64,000 bases of DNA from a candidate division WOR-3 bacterium (GCA_965649225.1 CBFGJX010000007.1:1-64000); one strand, 5' to 3'; numbered from the stretch's first letter, positions 1 to 9,549 are shown. Numbers and translations are program-made. Notes: generated by a model not told the origin, from the letters alone.

Positions 1-2
1 AG

Positions 3-1322
3 CTGACGTTCTGGCATACACTGCCCGGGGATACCAACCGGCGCAACGACACGATCACCCGGACGACGACGACCCGGGGCCACGACGTCCGCGTCGCCGG
101 AATGAACATCGGTGGCCGCGTCCGGGCAAACATTACCATAACGCCGCGCATCACTCTGGCCAGCACCGACTACACCGAGCGAAATTTCTGGGCCCATTGC
201 CGGATTGATTCGGGAGCGGTGACGCTGTATCGCGACAGTGTCGCGGTGGACAGTGTGCCGGAGATGGGGTCGCAGAGTTTTTCTTTCCCTTCGAACTGGA
301 ATGTCGGGCCGGTCGGTTCCAGCTACGCTGTGACGATGTGGCACAACTGCGGTCCGGACCAGAACCGCGCCAATGACACACTGCGGACGACGACGACGGC
401 GGTTGACCAGATTCGCGTCCTGTGGATTTACTCCGACTACAGCGCTCCGGAAACGACTCTGGCGGTTCGGCTGCGGGCACTGGGCGATTCGATCGAGTTT
501 TTCAACGGTCAGAATGCGACGCCGACCCTGACTCAGCTGCAGCCTTATGATGCGGTTGGTGCCCATACGAACTATACGTTCTCGAACCCGGATGGAATGG
601 GCGATGTCCTTGCCGACTATGTCGACGCCGGCGGCGGGGTCGTGATTGGCAATTTCTGCTTCACGACCGGCTGGCGCATGGGCGGTAGAATCATGACCGG
701 CAGTTACGCGACGATTGTGCCGGGAAATAACCAGTACGGCAGCCAGCAGATGGGCTGGCGTAACCCGGCTCATCCGACCATGGCGGGAGTCGATTCATGC
801 CGTGATTACTTCATGGGTGACGGCCCGTTTGCGGCCGGTGCCGAGTCGGTGGCAAAGTGGGCCGACGGGCGCCGTTATGTCGCGGTGAGTGCCAATCAGA
901 AGGTTGTGGCGGTCAACAGCTATCCGGGCATCTACAGCAGCAACCCGCCCCAGCGCGGAGGCGACTGGGCGCTGGTTTTCCACAATGCGCTGCTGTATGT
1001 GGCCGGCGGCGCGACTGGTATTGGCGGTTTTGACCCGCTGGCACCGGTCCTGCATGTTGCGCTGGACGCCGCACCGAATCCGGCACGGGCCCGGGTGACT
1101 GTGAGCTACGCCGTGCCGCGTGGTGGCGATGTTGCGCTGGGTATCTACGACCTGTCGGGCCGGCTGGTGCGGTCGCTCGTTCGCGGTCCGGTCGGGTCGG
1201 GTGTGAACCGGGTTGTCTGGGACCGACTGGATGACAACGGGCGGGAAGTACCCGCTGGCGTCTACTTCTGCCAGCTCAGCACGGGCGATGGCGTCCAGGG
1301 TCGCAAGCTGGTGCTGAGATAG
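3..1322 (+). CDS. Secreted/surface protein, 5'-partial: CARDB-like repeats plus C-terminal FlgD-Ig/T9SS-type sorting domain
   Basis: Frame is open from position 3 (LTFWHTLPGDTNRRNDTIT...). Repeated D-x-N-x-x-N-D-T motif. C-terminus APNP...LGIYDLSGRLVRSL...WD...G..VPAGVYF...RKLVLR. Confidence 0.8.
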   Translation: MTFWHTLPGDTNRRNDTITRTTTTRGHDVRVAGMNIGGRVRANITITPRITLASTDYTERNFWAHCRIDSGAVTLYRDSVAVDSVPEMGSQSFSFPSNWNVGPVGSSYAVTMWHNCGPDQNRANDTLRTTTTAVDQIRVLWIYSDYSAPETTLAVRLRALGDSIEFFNGQNATPTLTQLQPYDAVGAHTNYTFSNPDGMGDVLADYVDAGGGVVIGNFCFTTGWRMGGRIMTGSYATIVPGNNQYGSQQMGWRNPAHPTMAGVDSCRDYFMGDGPFAAGAESVAKWADGRRYVAVSANQKVVAVNSYPGIYSSNPPQRGGDWALVFHNALLYVAGGATGIGGFDPLAPVLHVALDAAPNPARARVTVSYAVPRGGDVALGIYDLSGRLVRSLVRGPVGSGVNRVVWDRLDDNGREVPAGVYFCQLSTGDGVQGRKLVLR

Positions 1323-1340
1323 CGGTTGTCTTTCTTCGTG

Positions 1341-1371
1341 TCGGGGCGGCGTTAGCCGCCCCGATGCTTTT
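1341..1371 (+). terminator. Rho-independent terminator
   Basis: tcggggcggc-gtta-gccgccccga 10-bp stem followed by tgctttt. Confidence 0.75.
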
Positions 1372-1395
1372 GCCTTGCCGCCCGGCTGGCCTTCC

Positions 1396-1423
1396 TTGAC
1401 TGATTTGCCAGCATGGCTATGAT
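1396..1423 (+). promoter_or_regulatory. Sigma70-type promoter of the EF-G paralog
   Basis: TTGACT-N16-TATGAT. AGGAGG precedes GTG 1457. Confidence 0.7.
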
Positions 1424-1456
1424 TGCGTTCAACTTGCGAAGTCTCAGGAGGACCCT

Positions 1457-3529
1457 GTGAAAGAGTACGGCCCGGATCGGATTCGTAATCTCGGCTTCTT
1501 TGGTCACGGCGGTTGTGGCAAGACCTCAATCTGCGAGGCGTTGCTTTTTGCGATGAAGCAGAACAACCGGCTGGGTTCGACCGCTGACGGCACGTCACTG
1601 CTGGATTACGACGAGGATGAAATCGCGCGGAAGATTTCAATAAACCTCTCGCTGGCATACGGTGAGTGGCGCGATACCCTCATCAACATCGTTGATGCGC
1701 CCGGTTACGCCGATTTCTTCGGCAACGTCATCTCCGCGATGCGGGCGGTCGATGTGGCGGTGGTTGTCGTTGATGCCAGTTCAGGGGTCGAGGTTGGTAC
1801 CGAGATGGCGTGGCGCCGGGCCGATGAGGCGCGACTGCCCCGGGTGGTTGTGGTCAATAAGCTGGGCCGCGAAAACACCGATTACGCCGCAACTGCTGAG
1901 GAAGTGCGCAAGGTACTGGGTACTCGGGTTACTCCGCTCTATCTGCCGATCGGTAAGGCCGCCGGGCTGAACGGCGTGCTCGATCTCTTGAACGAACGGG
2001 CCTACCGCTATGCCGGCGGTGTGCGCAGCGAGATTCCGGTGCCGGCCGAGATGGCGACTGCGGTCGCCGAGTGGAAGGAACGACTGGTCGAAGCGGCGGC
2101 GGAATCGGATGAAGCCTTGATGGAGAAATTCCTAGAGGGCAGTCAGATTGAACCGGAAGAGATGCGGCGGGCGGTCAGGCAGGGAATCAAGCAGGGAGTC
2201 GTGTTCCCGATGATTTGCACCGACGCTCTGGCCCAGGTCGGCGTGGATCTGTTGCTGGACCTGGCGGTTGACGTCTTGCCCAGTCCGGCCGAGATGCCGC
2301 CACAGACGGCCCGGGCGACTGCCGGCGACAAGGAGGAGGTCGTGGCGCCTGACCCGGCGGCACCCACCGCGGCTTTTGTCTTCAAGACGGTGTCGGAGTC
2401 GCACGTCGGCGACATGATGTATGTCCGGGTTTTTGCCGGCAGCATCGAATCCGGCATGAGCCTTGTCAATGGCACTACCGAGCGCGAGGAGAAGATCAAT
2501 CAGCTCTATCTGGTCAAGGGCAAGGAACGTACCGAGATCAACCGGCTGAGCACGGGAATGATCGGAGCGCTGGTGAAGTTGAAGGACACTCATACCGGCG
2601 ATACGCTGGCTGACAAGCGGCGTCCGCTGCGGCTACCCCCGATCGTTTTCCCGAAGCCGTCAATCTCGGTGGCGATCGTGCCTCAGAGCAAGGGCGATGA
2701 GGAACGGGTCTCGAATGGCCTGGCCCGGTTGCACGAAGAAGACCCGACCTTTTCCTATGAGTTTAACGCCGAGATTGGCCAGCAGCTGATCAATGGCATG
2801 GGTGAACTGCACCTGGACGTCATCATCGGCCGGTTGAAGCGGCGTTTTGACACCAGCGTTGACCTGGTGAAGCCGCGGATTCCATACCGCGAGACGATTA
2901 CCCGGCGGGCCGAGGCACAGGGCCGGCACAAGAAGCAGACCGGTGGCAGGGGACAGTTCGGCGACTGCTGGCTGAGAGTGGAGCCGTTGCCGCGGGGTGC
3001 CGGTTTTGAGTTTGTTGACGAAATCAAGGGCGGTGCGATTCCGGCGAAGTTCATTCCTTCGGTCGAAAAGGGCGTGATTGAAACGATGGAAAAGGGCGTG
3101 CTTGCCGGCTACAAGATGCAGGATATCAAGGTGACGGTTTACGACGGGTCATACCACGACGTGGACTCCTCGGATATCGCCTTCAAGCTTGCCGCCAACA
3201 TCGGTTTCAAGGCCGCCTGTGAGAAGGCGGGACTCGTGCTGCTCGAGCCGATAATGAATGTCGAGGTCGCAGTGCCGGATAACTTCACCGGCGACGTGAT
3301 GGGTGACCTGAACTCGCGCCGGGGTCGAATCATGGGCATGGAAGCTCAGGGTAGTCTGCAGGTAATCAAGGCGCAGGCACCACTGGCCGAGATGTACAAA
3401 TATTCAAACAGCCTGAGGTCAATGACCCAGGGTCGTGGCTTCTTTACGATGGAATTCTCGCACTATGAAGAGGTTCCGCGTGAAGCTGCGGCGAAAATAA
3501 TCGAGGAAGCGAAGGCCCGTAAAGACTAG
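1457..3529 (+). CDS. fusA: Elongation factor G paralog (EF-G2/EF-G II type)
   Basis: GHGGCGKT, RKISI, DAPGYADF, GMGELHL, KKQTGGRGQFG, DGSYHDVDSS, LLEPI and LRSMTQGRG motifs. Not in the rpsL-rpsG-tuf operon. Confidence 0.9.
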   Translation: MKEYGPDRIRNLGFFGHGGCGKTSICEALLFAMKQNNRLGSTADGTSLLDYDEDEIARKISINLSLAYGEWRDTLINIVDAPGYADFFGNVISAMRAVDVAVVVVDASSGVEVGTEMAWRRADEARLPRVVVVNKLGRENTDYAATAEEVRKVLGTRVTPLYLPIGKAAGLNGVLDLLNERAYRYAGGVRSEIPVPAEMATAVAEWKERLVEAAAESDEALMEKFLEGSQIEPEEMRRAVRQGIKQGVVFPMICTDALAQVGVDLLLDLAVDVLPSPAEMPPQTARATAGDKEEVVAPDPAAPTAAFVFKTVSESHVGDMMYVRVFAGSIESGMSLVNGTTEREEKINQLYLVKGKERTEINRLSTGMIGALVKLKDTHTGDTLADKRRPLRLPPIVFPKPSISVAIVPQSKGDEERVSNGLARLHEEDPTFSYEFNAEIGQQLINGMGELHLDVIIGRLKRRFDTSVDLVKPRIPYRETITRRAEAQGRHKKQTGGRGQFGDCWLRVEPLPRGAGFEFVDEIKGGAIPAKFIPSVEKGVIETMEKGVLAGYKMQDIKVTVYDGSYHDVDSSDIAFKLAANIGFKAACEKAGLVLLEPIMNVEVAVPDNFTGDVMGDLNSRRGRIMGMEAQGSLQVIKAQAPLAEMYKYSNSLRSMTQGRGFFTMEFSHYEEVPREAAAKIIEEAKARKD

Positions 3530-4932
3530 CCGGCCACCGGCGGCTCGGAAGGGTCGGCAGTCGGCGTGCATTCAACGGAACGGCCCGGCCGTAGCGCGAC
3601 AGCGGCCAGTATCGCCAGCAGCGGTTCGATTGGTGCCCGAAACCGGGCTTCACCGACTGGCCCGGGCAGCGCGGTGAAGTACAGCACCGGCAGGAGCAGC
3701 CAGCGGGCAATTCGGTCGCGACGGAAGAGATAACGCAGCGACCCCCAAAGCAGTACCCCAAGATGGACAGTTGCCAGCAACAGCAGCAATGCAGCGATTG
3801 GCGTCAGTAGTGAAACTCGACTGCGCCAGATCAGTGTTACGGCTGCCCCGATGCGGCCGGCAGTGAGAAGCCCCAGTGTGTTTTGCATCGTGTGGGGTGG
3901 TGCCGACACGTAGCCGGATGCGCCGCAGTGCACCAGCAGGGGCTGGAAACCGAGCGGCGTAAGCATCGTAGTGAAGAATCCGGCTGTCTGTACCAGAACC
4001 GTGCGTAGCGGATGCTGTCGGCAGACCTCGCTGGCGACCGAGCCGAGACGCTGCCAGTATGTCGCCTCGCTGAAAGAATCGAGACTGCCGTAACGTTTGA
4101 GAGCGATGGTACGCATGCTGTCGCGGGCTTCGGCCAGTGATGTTCTGCTCTCGGCCGCCAGTACCGTTGCAGCGTTGTAGAGATAGAGGTTGTGGAGTGC
4201 AGCAGTCGATATGCCCGGGTAGCCGGCCTGGTGCCAGTTGCGCAGGCCCCAGGGAAGCAGCGACAACAATACTCCGGTCCCCAGCAGCAGTGTGGAACGA
4301 AGCGCACTGACACGAAGCGGCAACCGCAGCAGCAGCTGCAGGCCGAAAACCAGCGGCAGGTAACTGGCGATCGGTCGGGTGAGGACAAGCATGCCCGAGG
4401 CAATGCCGGTCGCAAGTGCGTCCGTCACACGGTCGGCACGCAGCGTGCGGATCAACAGCAGGATGGTTATTGTCAGCAGGAGTGAGAAGAGTGTCTCGCT
4501 GATCAGTTTGGTGGCCTGAAATGCCAGGTTTGGACTCAGCGCAACCAGCAGAGCGGCGAACCGCGCTTGCCGGTCGTCTGCACCTAGTTCAAGGCCGAGC
4601 TGACGGGTGCTGATTACCAGCAGGACCGAGAGCATCAACTGCAACAACAGCCCCCAGATAATCGTTCCGTTTGGGAATGCCGCGCCCGGCGCAATGGCGA
4701 GCGGATAAAATGGTGTCCGGAATAGCTCCGGCCCTGCTGCCGGCGAGTTGTCACGGCTGAAGCGGTGGTCCTGCCAGAGGGTACGGGCGAGGGCGTCGTA
4801 TTCGCGGGCATCGCTTACTGCGTCGATGGCTTTGGTCCGGATGCTGACTTGTGGAGGTAGCCAGAGGACAATCAGCCGGGCGACGATCGCACTCAGGACG
4901 ATTGCGATCAGTTGGCTCTTAGCTGATTTCAT
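3526..4932 (-). CDS. GT-C fold membrane glycosyltransferase (ArnT/PMT/GT39-like)
   Basis: Multi-TM protein with DAREYD..A, RTPFYP, SETLF, LTRP, PW..RN and EARFR.P motifs. Probable start ATG 4932 (MKSAKS). Confidence 0.75.
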   Translation of the reverse strand: MKSAKSQLIAIVLSAIVARLIVLWLPPQVSIRTKAIDAVSDAREYDALARTLWQDHRFSRDNSPAAGPELFRTPFYPLAIAPGAAFPNGTIIWGLLLQLMLSVLLVISTRQLGLELGADDRQARFAALLVALSPNLAFQATKLISETLFSLLLTITILLLIRTLRADRVTDALATGIASGMLVLTRPIASYLPLVFGLQLLLRLPLRVSALRSTLLLGTGVLLSLLPWGLRNWHQAGYPGISTAALHNLYLYNAATVLAAESRTSLAEARDSMRTIALKRYGSLDSFSEATYWQRLGSVASEVCRQHPLRTVLVQTAGFFTTMLTPLGFQPLLVHCGASGYVSAPPHTMQNTLGLLTAGRIGAAVTLIWRSRVSLLTPIAALLLLLATVHLGVLLWGSLRYLFRRDRIARWLLLPVLYFTALPGPVGEARFRAPIEPLLAILAAVALRPGRSVECTPTADPSEPPVAG

Positions 4933-5590
4933 ACCACGGACGGCATTGTCGCCGCCGTGCGGCAAAGCCAAGCAGTGCACCGACGAAGAAGCCGCCAATG
5001 TGGGCAAAGTAGGCAACGCCGCCGGTGCCGGGGCTGGAACTGCAGCCGTATAGCAGTTGGAACAGTATCCAGAATCCCAGCAGCAGCGGAGCGGGGAGCA
5101 GGACCAGTCGCAGGAAGAAGAAAATCGGCACGAGGGTCAGAATCCGCGCCCGCGGGAAAAGAACGAAATAGGCACCCATGACGCCCGATATCGCGCCGGA
5201 TGCGCCGATGGTCGGTGTTGCCGAGTAGGGTGCAACTAGGACGTGGAGCAGGCCGCCGGCGATGCCGGAAAGGATGTACAGCAGCAGGTAGCGCAGATGA
5301 CCGAAAACGTCTTCGACGTTGTCGCCAAATATCCAGAGATAGAGCATGTTGCCAAGGAAGTGAAGGGGTCCGCCGTGCAGAAACATCGAGGTCACCAGCG
5401 TCCAAAGCCGCTCGCCATTGACTATGGCAACCGGTATCATTCCCCAGGTCCGGTAGAATCGGTCGGTTGCCGCTGCCGAGTGTCCGGCGTTGAGTATCTG
5501 GTAACCGTAGACACCAGCACAAAGCGCCATCATGGCATAACTTACCCACGGGCGGTGGACTGAGCGAATGTCGTCGCGCAGTGGTATCAA
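4919..5590 (-). CDS. Rhomboid intramembrane serine protease
   Basis: MIPLRD, TSMFLHGG..HF.GNMLYLWIFGDNVED, catalytic GASG and AHIGG. Confidence 0.93.
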   Translation of the reverse strand: MIPLRDDIRSVHRPWVSYAMMALCAGVYGYQILNAGHSAAATDRFYRTWGMIPVAIVNGERLWTLVTSMFLHGGPLHFLGNMLYLWIFGDNVEDVFGHLRYLLLYILSGIAGGLLHVLVAPYSATPTIGASGAISGVMGAYFVLFPRARILTLVPIFFFLRLVLLPAPLLLGFWILFQLLYGCSSSPGTGGVAYFAHIGGFFVGALLGFAARRRQCRPWYEIS

Positions 5591-6081
5591 GGGGAGGGCA
5601 TCTCCAGCAGCGCCACAACCAGCGCCGCGATGCTTCGTGACCGGTATGCCAGTGCCGTGCCTTCACAGGTTTTGGCCTTCAGGCCGACTGATGAACTCTC
5701 AATCTTCAACAGGGTGGCAACGCTTTCGCGAATACACTGGTAGTGCGGTGCCAGTTTTGGTTCGTCACAGACGAGAACGCAGTCAACATTGACTATTCTG
5801 ACGCCCTGGCGTCGGATGCGCCTTGTGGCCTGAGTGAGGAGACTGCGGCTGTCAACGTTGGTCAGTTTTGGGTCGGTGTCCGGGAAAAGTGTGCCGATGT
5901 CAGGTCCGCCGACTGCCCCGAGCAGTGCGTCAATGATTGCATGAAGCAGAACATCGGCGTCTGAGTGACCGACAAGGCCACGGCGTGACGGTATGGTGAC
6001 ACCGCCAAGTCGAAGCGGCCGGCCGGCACGCAAAGGATGGGCGTCGAACCCCAGACCGACGCAGAGCCTGGTTGTTTTCAC
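5587..6081 (-). CDS. ispF: 2-C-methyl-D-erythritol 2,4-cyclodiphosphate synthase
   Basis: GLGFDAH, GHSDADVLLHA..DALLGA, DIG.LFPDTD, KAKT.E. Confidence 0.95.
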   Translation of the reverse strand: MKTTRLCVGLGFDAHPLRAGRPLRLGGVTIPSRRGLVGHSDADVLLHAIIDALLGAVGGPDIGTLFPDTDPKLTNVDSRSLLTQATRRIRRQGVRIVNVDCVLVCDEPKLAPHYQCIRESVATLLKIESSSVGLKAKTCEGTALAYRSRSIAALVVALLEMPSP

Positions 6082-6087
6082 AGAGCG

Positions 6088-6115
6088 ATTCTAGCACCGT
6101 CGAGGATACGGTCAA
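6088..6115 (-). promoter_or_regulatory. Promoter of ispF operon (leaderless candidate)
   Basis: Minus strand: TTGACC-N16-TAGAAT-N6-GTG. Confidence 0.7.
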
Positions 6116-6360
6116 GCGAGCTGGAAAGCAGTGGTCTTAAGCCAATTCCTGTGGCATCAAAAGCTGCAGCGGTGCAGGCAGTTAGGTTTCCACGGACAAG
6201 GAATGCGGGTCGCAGGCTTCAGGCACAGTCGACTCAGGCGTGGGAAATGCTCATACATAGGAGGTTGTGGCCAGCGGTTGGCCCGAATAACGACATAGGG
6301 CGCACTTCGCGCAGACAGCTTTTCCGATTGGGGTCGGGAAACGAGGAGCAGGAGACTGAT

Positions 6361-6388
6361 TTGACAGTTGCAGTGTTGCCAGTATGAT
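6361..6388 (+). promoter_or_regulatory. Promoter of thrS operon (leaderless candidate)
   Basis: TTGACA-N16-TATGAT-N6-GTG(6395). Confidence 0.75.
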
Positions 6389-6394
6389 ACGACC

Positions 6395-8293
6395 GTGATA
6401 AATGTGTCCGTCGCTGGCAAAGTACGGCAGTTTGAACCGGGCGTGACTGTTGAGCAGGTCCTTGAGGATAGCTCCGCGATTGTGGCCCGGGTCGACGGCC
6501 GACTGGTTGACCTCACCAGCGTTCTTGAGCGGGATGCGGTGGTTGAACCGGTGACCTTCCAGGACGAGGAAGGTCGTGATGTTTTTCAACATTCTGCCTC
6601 GCATTTGCTGGCTCAGGCGGTAAAACAGCTTTTCCCGGACGCAAAGGTGACTATCGGACCGGCGGTTACGCAGGGATTCTATTACGATTTCGATGTCGAG
6701 CCGCCGTTTACCGATACGGACCTTGCCAAAATTGAAGAGCGGATGAGGTTGCTTGCCAGTCAGGCGCAGCCGATTGTCCATCGCTGGTTGCCGCGGCACG
6801 AAGCGATGGAGCTTTTTGCGCGCCGGAATGAGCCGTACAAGCTGGAAATCATCGAGGGACTGCCGGACGAATTGATTTCGGTGTACGAGCAGGGTGATTT
6901 TGTCGATGTTTGTCGTGGTCCGCATTTGCCCCACACCGGGTTGATCAGGGCGGTGAAACTGCTGTCGGTCGCCGGGGCCTACTGGCATGGCGATGAACGG
7001 AACAGGATGCTGTCGAGGGTTTACGGGATTGCTTTCCCGGATCAGAAGCAGTTGGAACTGCACCTGGAGAAACTTGATGAGGCAAGGCGGCGTGACCACC
7101 GTAAGCTCGGTCCGGCACTGGACCTCTTCAGCTTCCACGAAGAGGCGGGAGCTGGTCTTGCTTTCTGGCATCCGAAAGGGACGACGATTCGCCGACTGTT
7201 GCAGCAGTACTGGGAACGGGAGCATCTGGCCGCTGGATATCAGCTGGTTGTGACGCCCCACATCGCTCGGGGCCGTCTGTGGCAGCAGTCAGGACACTAT
7301 GACCATTATCGCGAGAACATGTATTTTTTCCCTGTTGATGAGGAAGAGTACGTGCTCAAGCCGATGAACTGTCCTGGCCACATGCTGCTGTATCGCACGA
7401 AAGTGCGCTCGTACAGAGACCTGCCGCTGCGGCTTGCCGAATGGGGTACGGTCTACCGGTATGAACGCTCAGGGGTGTTGCACGGAATGATGCGAGTCCG
7501 TGGCTTCACCCAGGACGACGCGCATATTTTCTGTACCGCAGAGCAGGTTGATGATGAGGTTTACGGCGTAGTGTCGCTGCAGTTGCGAATACTGCGCGTG
7601 CTGGGGTTCGACAGAATCAAAGTGGACCTGTCGGTCCGTGATCCTCGCCACAAGGAGAAGTTTCTGGGCAGTGATCAGGAGTGGGAAACCGCAGAGCGGT
7701 CGCTGGTTCGGACCCTCGAGCGTTTGGCACTGCCCTATCGGCGCGCTGAGGGAGAGGCCGTTTTTTACGGTCCGAAGATTGACATCAAGCTGCTCGATTC
7801 GCTGGATCGGGAGTGGCAGTGCCCGACCTGCCAGTTCGATTTTAATCTCGGGCCCCGGTTTGGGCTTGATTACACCGGTTCGGACGGCAGGCGCTATCCG
7901 GTCTATCTGGTGCATCGAACCGTTCTGGGGGGGATTGAGCGTTTTGTCGGGATTCTGGTTGAGCATTACGGCGGGGCTTTCCCGGTCTGGCTTGCGCCGG
8001 TACAGATTCGAGTGATGTCGGTGACTGACCGTGAAATCGAATATGCCCGCGAGGTTACAGCGGTACTCGTTCGGGCTGGACTGCGGGCCGAGCTGGACGA
8101 GCGGGGCGACAAGATTGCCCAGAAGATAGCTGAAGCAGAACGGTTCAAGATTCCGTATATGCTGATTGTCGGCCGGCGGGAAGCGGCTGGCCGAACCGTG
8201 TCGGTACGTCGGCACGGTGAGGGTGACAAGGGTGCGGTTGCACTCGAGCAGTTTGTATCTCAAGTCAAGGAGGATGCCAACGTTCCAGGGTAA
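6395..8293 (+). CDS. thrS: Threonine--tRNA ligase
   Basis: TGS domain, HSASH and CRGPH editing motifs, RDHRKLG, KPMNCPGH, FTQDDAH, FYGPKID. Start taken at GTG 6395. Confidence 0.97.
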   Translation: MINVSVAGKVRQFEPGVTVEQVLEDSSAIVARVDGRLVDLTSVLERDAVVEPVTFQDEEGRDVFQHSASHLLAQAVKQLFPDAKVTIGPAVTQGFYYDFDVEPPFTDTDLAKIEERMRLLASQAQPIVHRWLPRHEAMELFARRNEPYKLEIIEGLPDELISVYEQGDFVDVCRGPHLPHTGLIRAVKLLSVAGAYWHGDERNRMLSRVYGIAFPDQKQLELHLEKLDEARRRDHRKLGPALDLFSFHEEAGAGLAFWHPKGTTIRRLLQQYWEREHLAAGYQLVVTPHIARGRLWQQSGHYDHYRENMYFFPVDEEEYVLKPMNCPGHMLLYRTKVRSYRDLPLRLAEWGTVYRYERSGVLHGMMRVRGFTQDDAHIFCTAEQVDDEVYGVVSLQLRILRVLGFDRIKVDLSVRDPRHKEKFLGSDQEWETAERSLVRTLERLALPYRRAEGEAVFYGPKIDIKLLDSLDREWQCPTCQFDFNLGPRFGLDYTGSDGRRYPVYLVHRTVLGGIERFVGILVEHYGGAFPVWLAPVQIRVMSVTDREIEYAREVTAVLVRAGLRAELDERGDKIAQKIAEAERFKIPYMLIVGRREAAGRTVSVRRHGEGDKGAVALEQFVSQVKEDANVPG

Positions 8294-8825
8294 AGTGACG
8301 CGTGACGGTTTCAAGGATCGGCCAAAGGTCAACGAACAGATCCGGGTGCCTTACGTTCGGGTCATCGGTACCGACAAGAAGCCGATCGGAATTCTGCCGA
8401 CCCGTGAGGCAATCGCTCTTGCGCGAAGACAGGGGCTGGACCTTGTGCTGCTTGCTCCTAACGAAGACCCGCCTGTCTGCGGGATAGTTGACTTCGGGCG
8501 TTTTCTTTACGAGCAGAAGGTGCGTCAGCGTGAATCAAAGAAGCGTCAGCACACGACCGAGGTGCGTGATATCCGGATGAAGATGAAGATTGATACGCAC
8601 GACTACGAGGTGAAAATCCGGAAGATGCGCGAGTTTCTCGCCGAGAAGGATCGTATCCGTGTGACGCTCTGGTTGCGTGGCCGCGAGATCGTACACTCTG
8701 ATCTTGGAATAAAACTCATGGAGCGGATCAGTAACGATCTCGCTGATGTTGCCCGTGTCGAAGTGCCTCCGAAGATTCTGTCTGAAGGACGGAAATCAAT
8801 CCAAATGATGCTGGTGCCGAAATGA
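8274..8825 (+). CDS. infC: Translation initiation factor IF-3 (start uncertain: 8274 ATG, 8280 ACG or 8295 GTG)
   Basis: NEQIR...VRVI, LDLV...PPVC, HDY, RGRE. Canonical thrS-infC-rpmI-rplT order. Confidence 0.93.
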   Translation: MPTFQGKVTRDGFKDRPKVNEQIRVPYVRVIGTDKKPIGILPTREAIALARRQGLDLVLLAPNEDPPVCGIVDFGRFLYEQKVRQRESKKRQHTTEVRDIRMKMKIDTHDYEVKIRKMREFLAEKDRIRVTLWLRGREIVHSDLGIKLMERISNDLADVARVEVPPKILSEGRKSIQMMLVPK

Positions 8826-9016
8826 AAACCAAATCACTGAGTTCGCTCAAGAAACGCGTCCGCAGGAGTCCGGGCGGCAAATTCCTGCACCGTTCCTGCG
8901 GAACAAGCCATAACAACATGTCAAAGAGCAAACGGCGTAAGCGTCGCCTGCATCGGCCGGCCGTTGCTCGCGGCTCGCTGGCGCGTCGGATGCGCGTGTT
9001 AGTGCCGTACAAGTGA
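8822..9016 (+). CDS. rpmI: 50S ribosomal protein L35
   Basis: 64-aa basic protein (KKR...G.SH...KS..RKRRL) between infC and rplT. Confidence 0.9.
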   Translation: MKTKSLSSLKKRVRRSPGGKFLHRSCGTSHNNMSKSKRRKRRLHRPAVARGSLARRMRVLVPYK

Positions 9017-9025
9017 GGTGAACTG

Positions 9026-9382
9026 ATGCCGAGGGTGAAGAACGGTCCGTATACCAGACAGCGGCGCCGCAAATGGCTGTCGGCGGCGAAGGGCTACTGG
9101 GGCGGCAAGTCGAAACTCTACAAGACTGCCCGTCAGCAGGTCATGAAGGCGCTGATGAGTTCCTACAAGGAGCGGCGCCGCAAGAAGCGGGTCTTCCGTT
9201 CGCTGATGATTACGCGAATCAACGCGGCCCTGCGCCCGCACGGGATGGCATACAGCGAATTTGTTCACGGACTTAAGCTGGCCGGGGTTGCGCTTGACCG
9301 CAGTGTATTGTCCGAGATTGCCCATCGGCAACCAGACGATTTCGTCAGTCTGATTGAGGTTGCCGGGCGATCCAAGGGTTAG
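9026..9382 (+). CDS. rplT: 50S ribosomal protein L20
   Basis: MPRVK, AKGYWG, RR.KKR.FR.L.I.RINAA, LDR..LSEIA. Confidence 0.96.
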   Translation: MPRVKNGPYTRQRRRKWLSAAKGYWGGKSKLYKTARQQVMKALMSSYKERRRKKRVFRSLMITRINAALRPHGMAYSEFVHGLKLAGVALDRSVLSEIAHRQPDDFVSLIEVAGRSKG

Positions 9383-9397
9383 CTTTTGCCTGTAGCA

Positions 9398-9432
9398 ATT
9401 CACCCGACCTGTCCTGGACAGGTCGGGTGAAT
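9398..9432. terminator. Perfect 17-bp inverted repeat, probable bidirectional terminator between convergent rplT and tRNA-Pro
   Basis: attcacccgacctgtcc-t-ggacaggtcgggtgaat. Confidence 0.7.
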
Positions 9433-9438
9433 CTCTTA

Positions 9439-9512
9439 TCGGGGCGACCCGATTTGAACGGGCGACCCCCAGCACCCCAAGCTGGTGCGCTAGCCAACTG
9501 CGCCACGCCCCG
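9439..9512 (-). tRNA. tRNA-Pro(GGG), CCA not encoded
   Basis: Reverse complement CGGGGCGTGGCGCAGTTGGCTAGCGCACCAGCTTGGGGTGCTGGGGGTCGCCCGTTCAAATCGGGTCGCCCCGA folds as a cloverleaf. Anticodon loop TTGGGGT. Confidence 0.95.
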
Positions 9513-9520
9513 CGACAGCA

Positions 9521-9549
9521 ATGGTAGCCGGTGACAACTGTGAAGTCAA
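9521..9549 (-). promoter_or_regulatory. Promoter of tRNA-Pro
   Basis: Minus strand: TTGACT-N17-TACCAT, 8 nt before the tRNA 5' end. Confidence 0.65.

Noticed and set aside
6116..6394. T-box or thrS translational operator
   Set aside because: No GGTGGNACC T-box sequence, and the promoter sits immediately before the start codon.
9439..9512. tRNA-Pro as an occupied integration site
   Set aside because: No integrase and no duplicated tRNA 3' end seen. The flanks are housekeeping genes.
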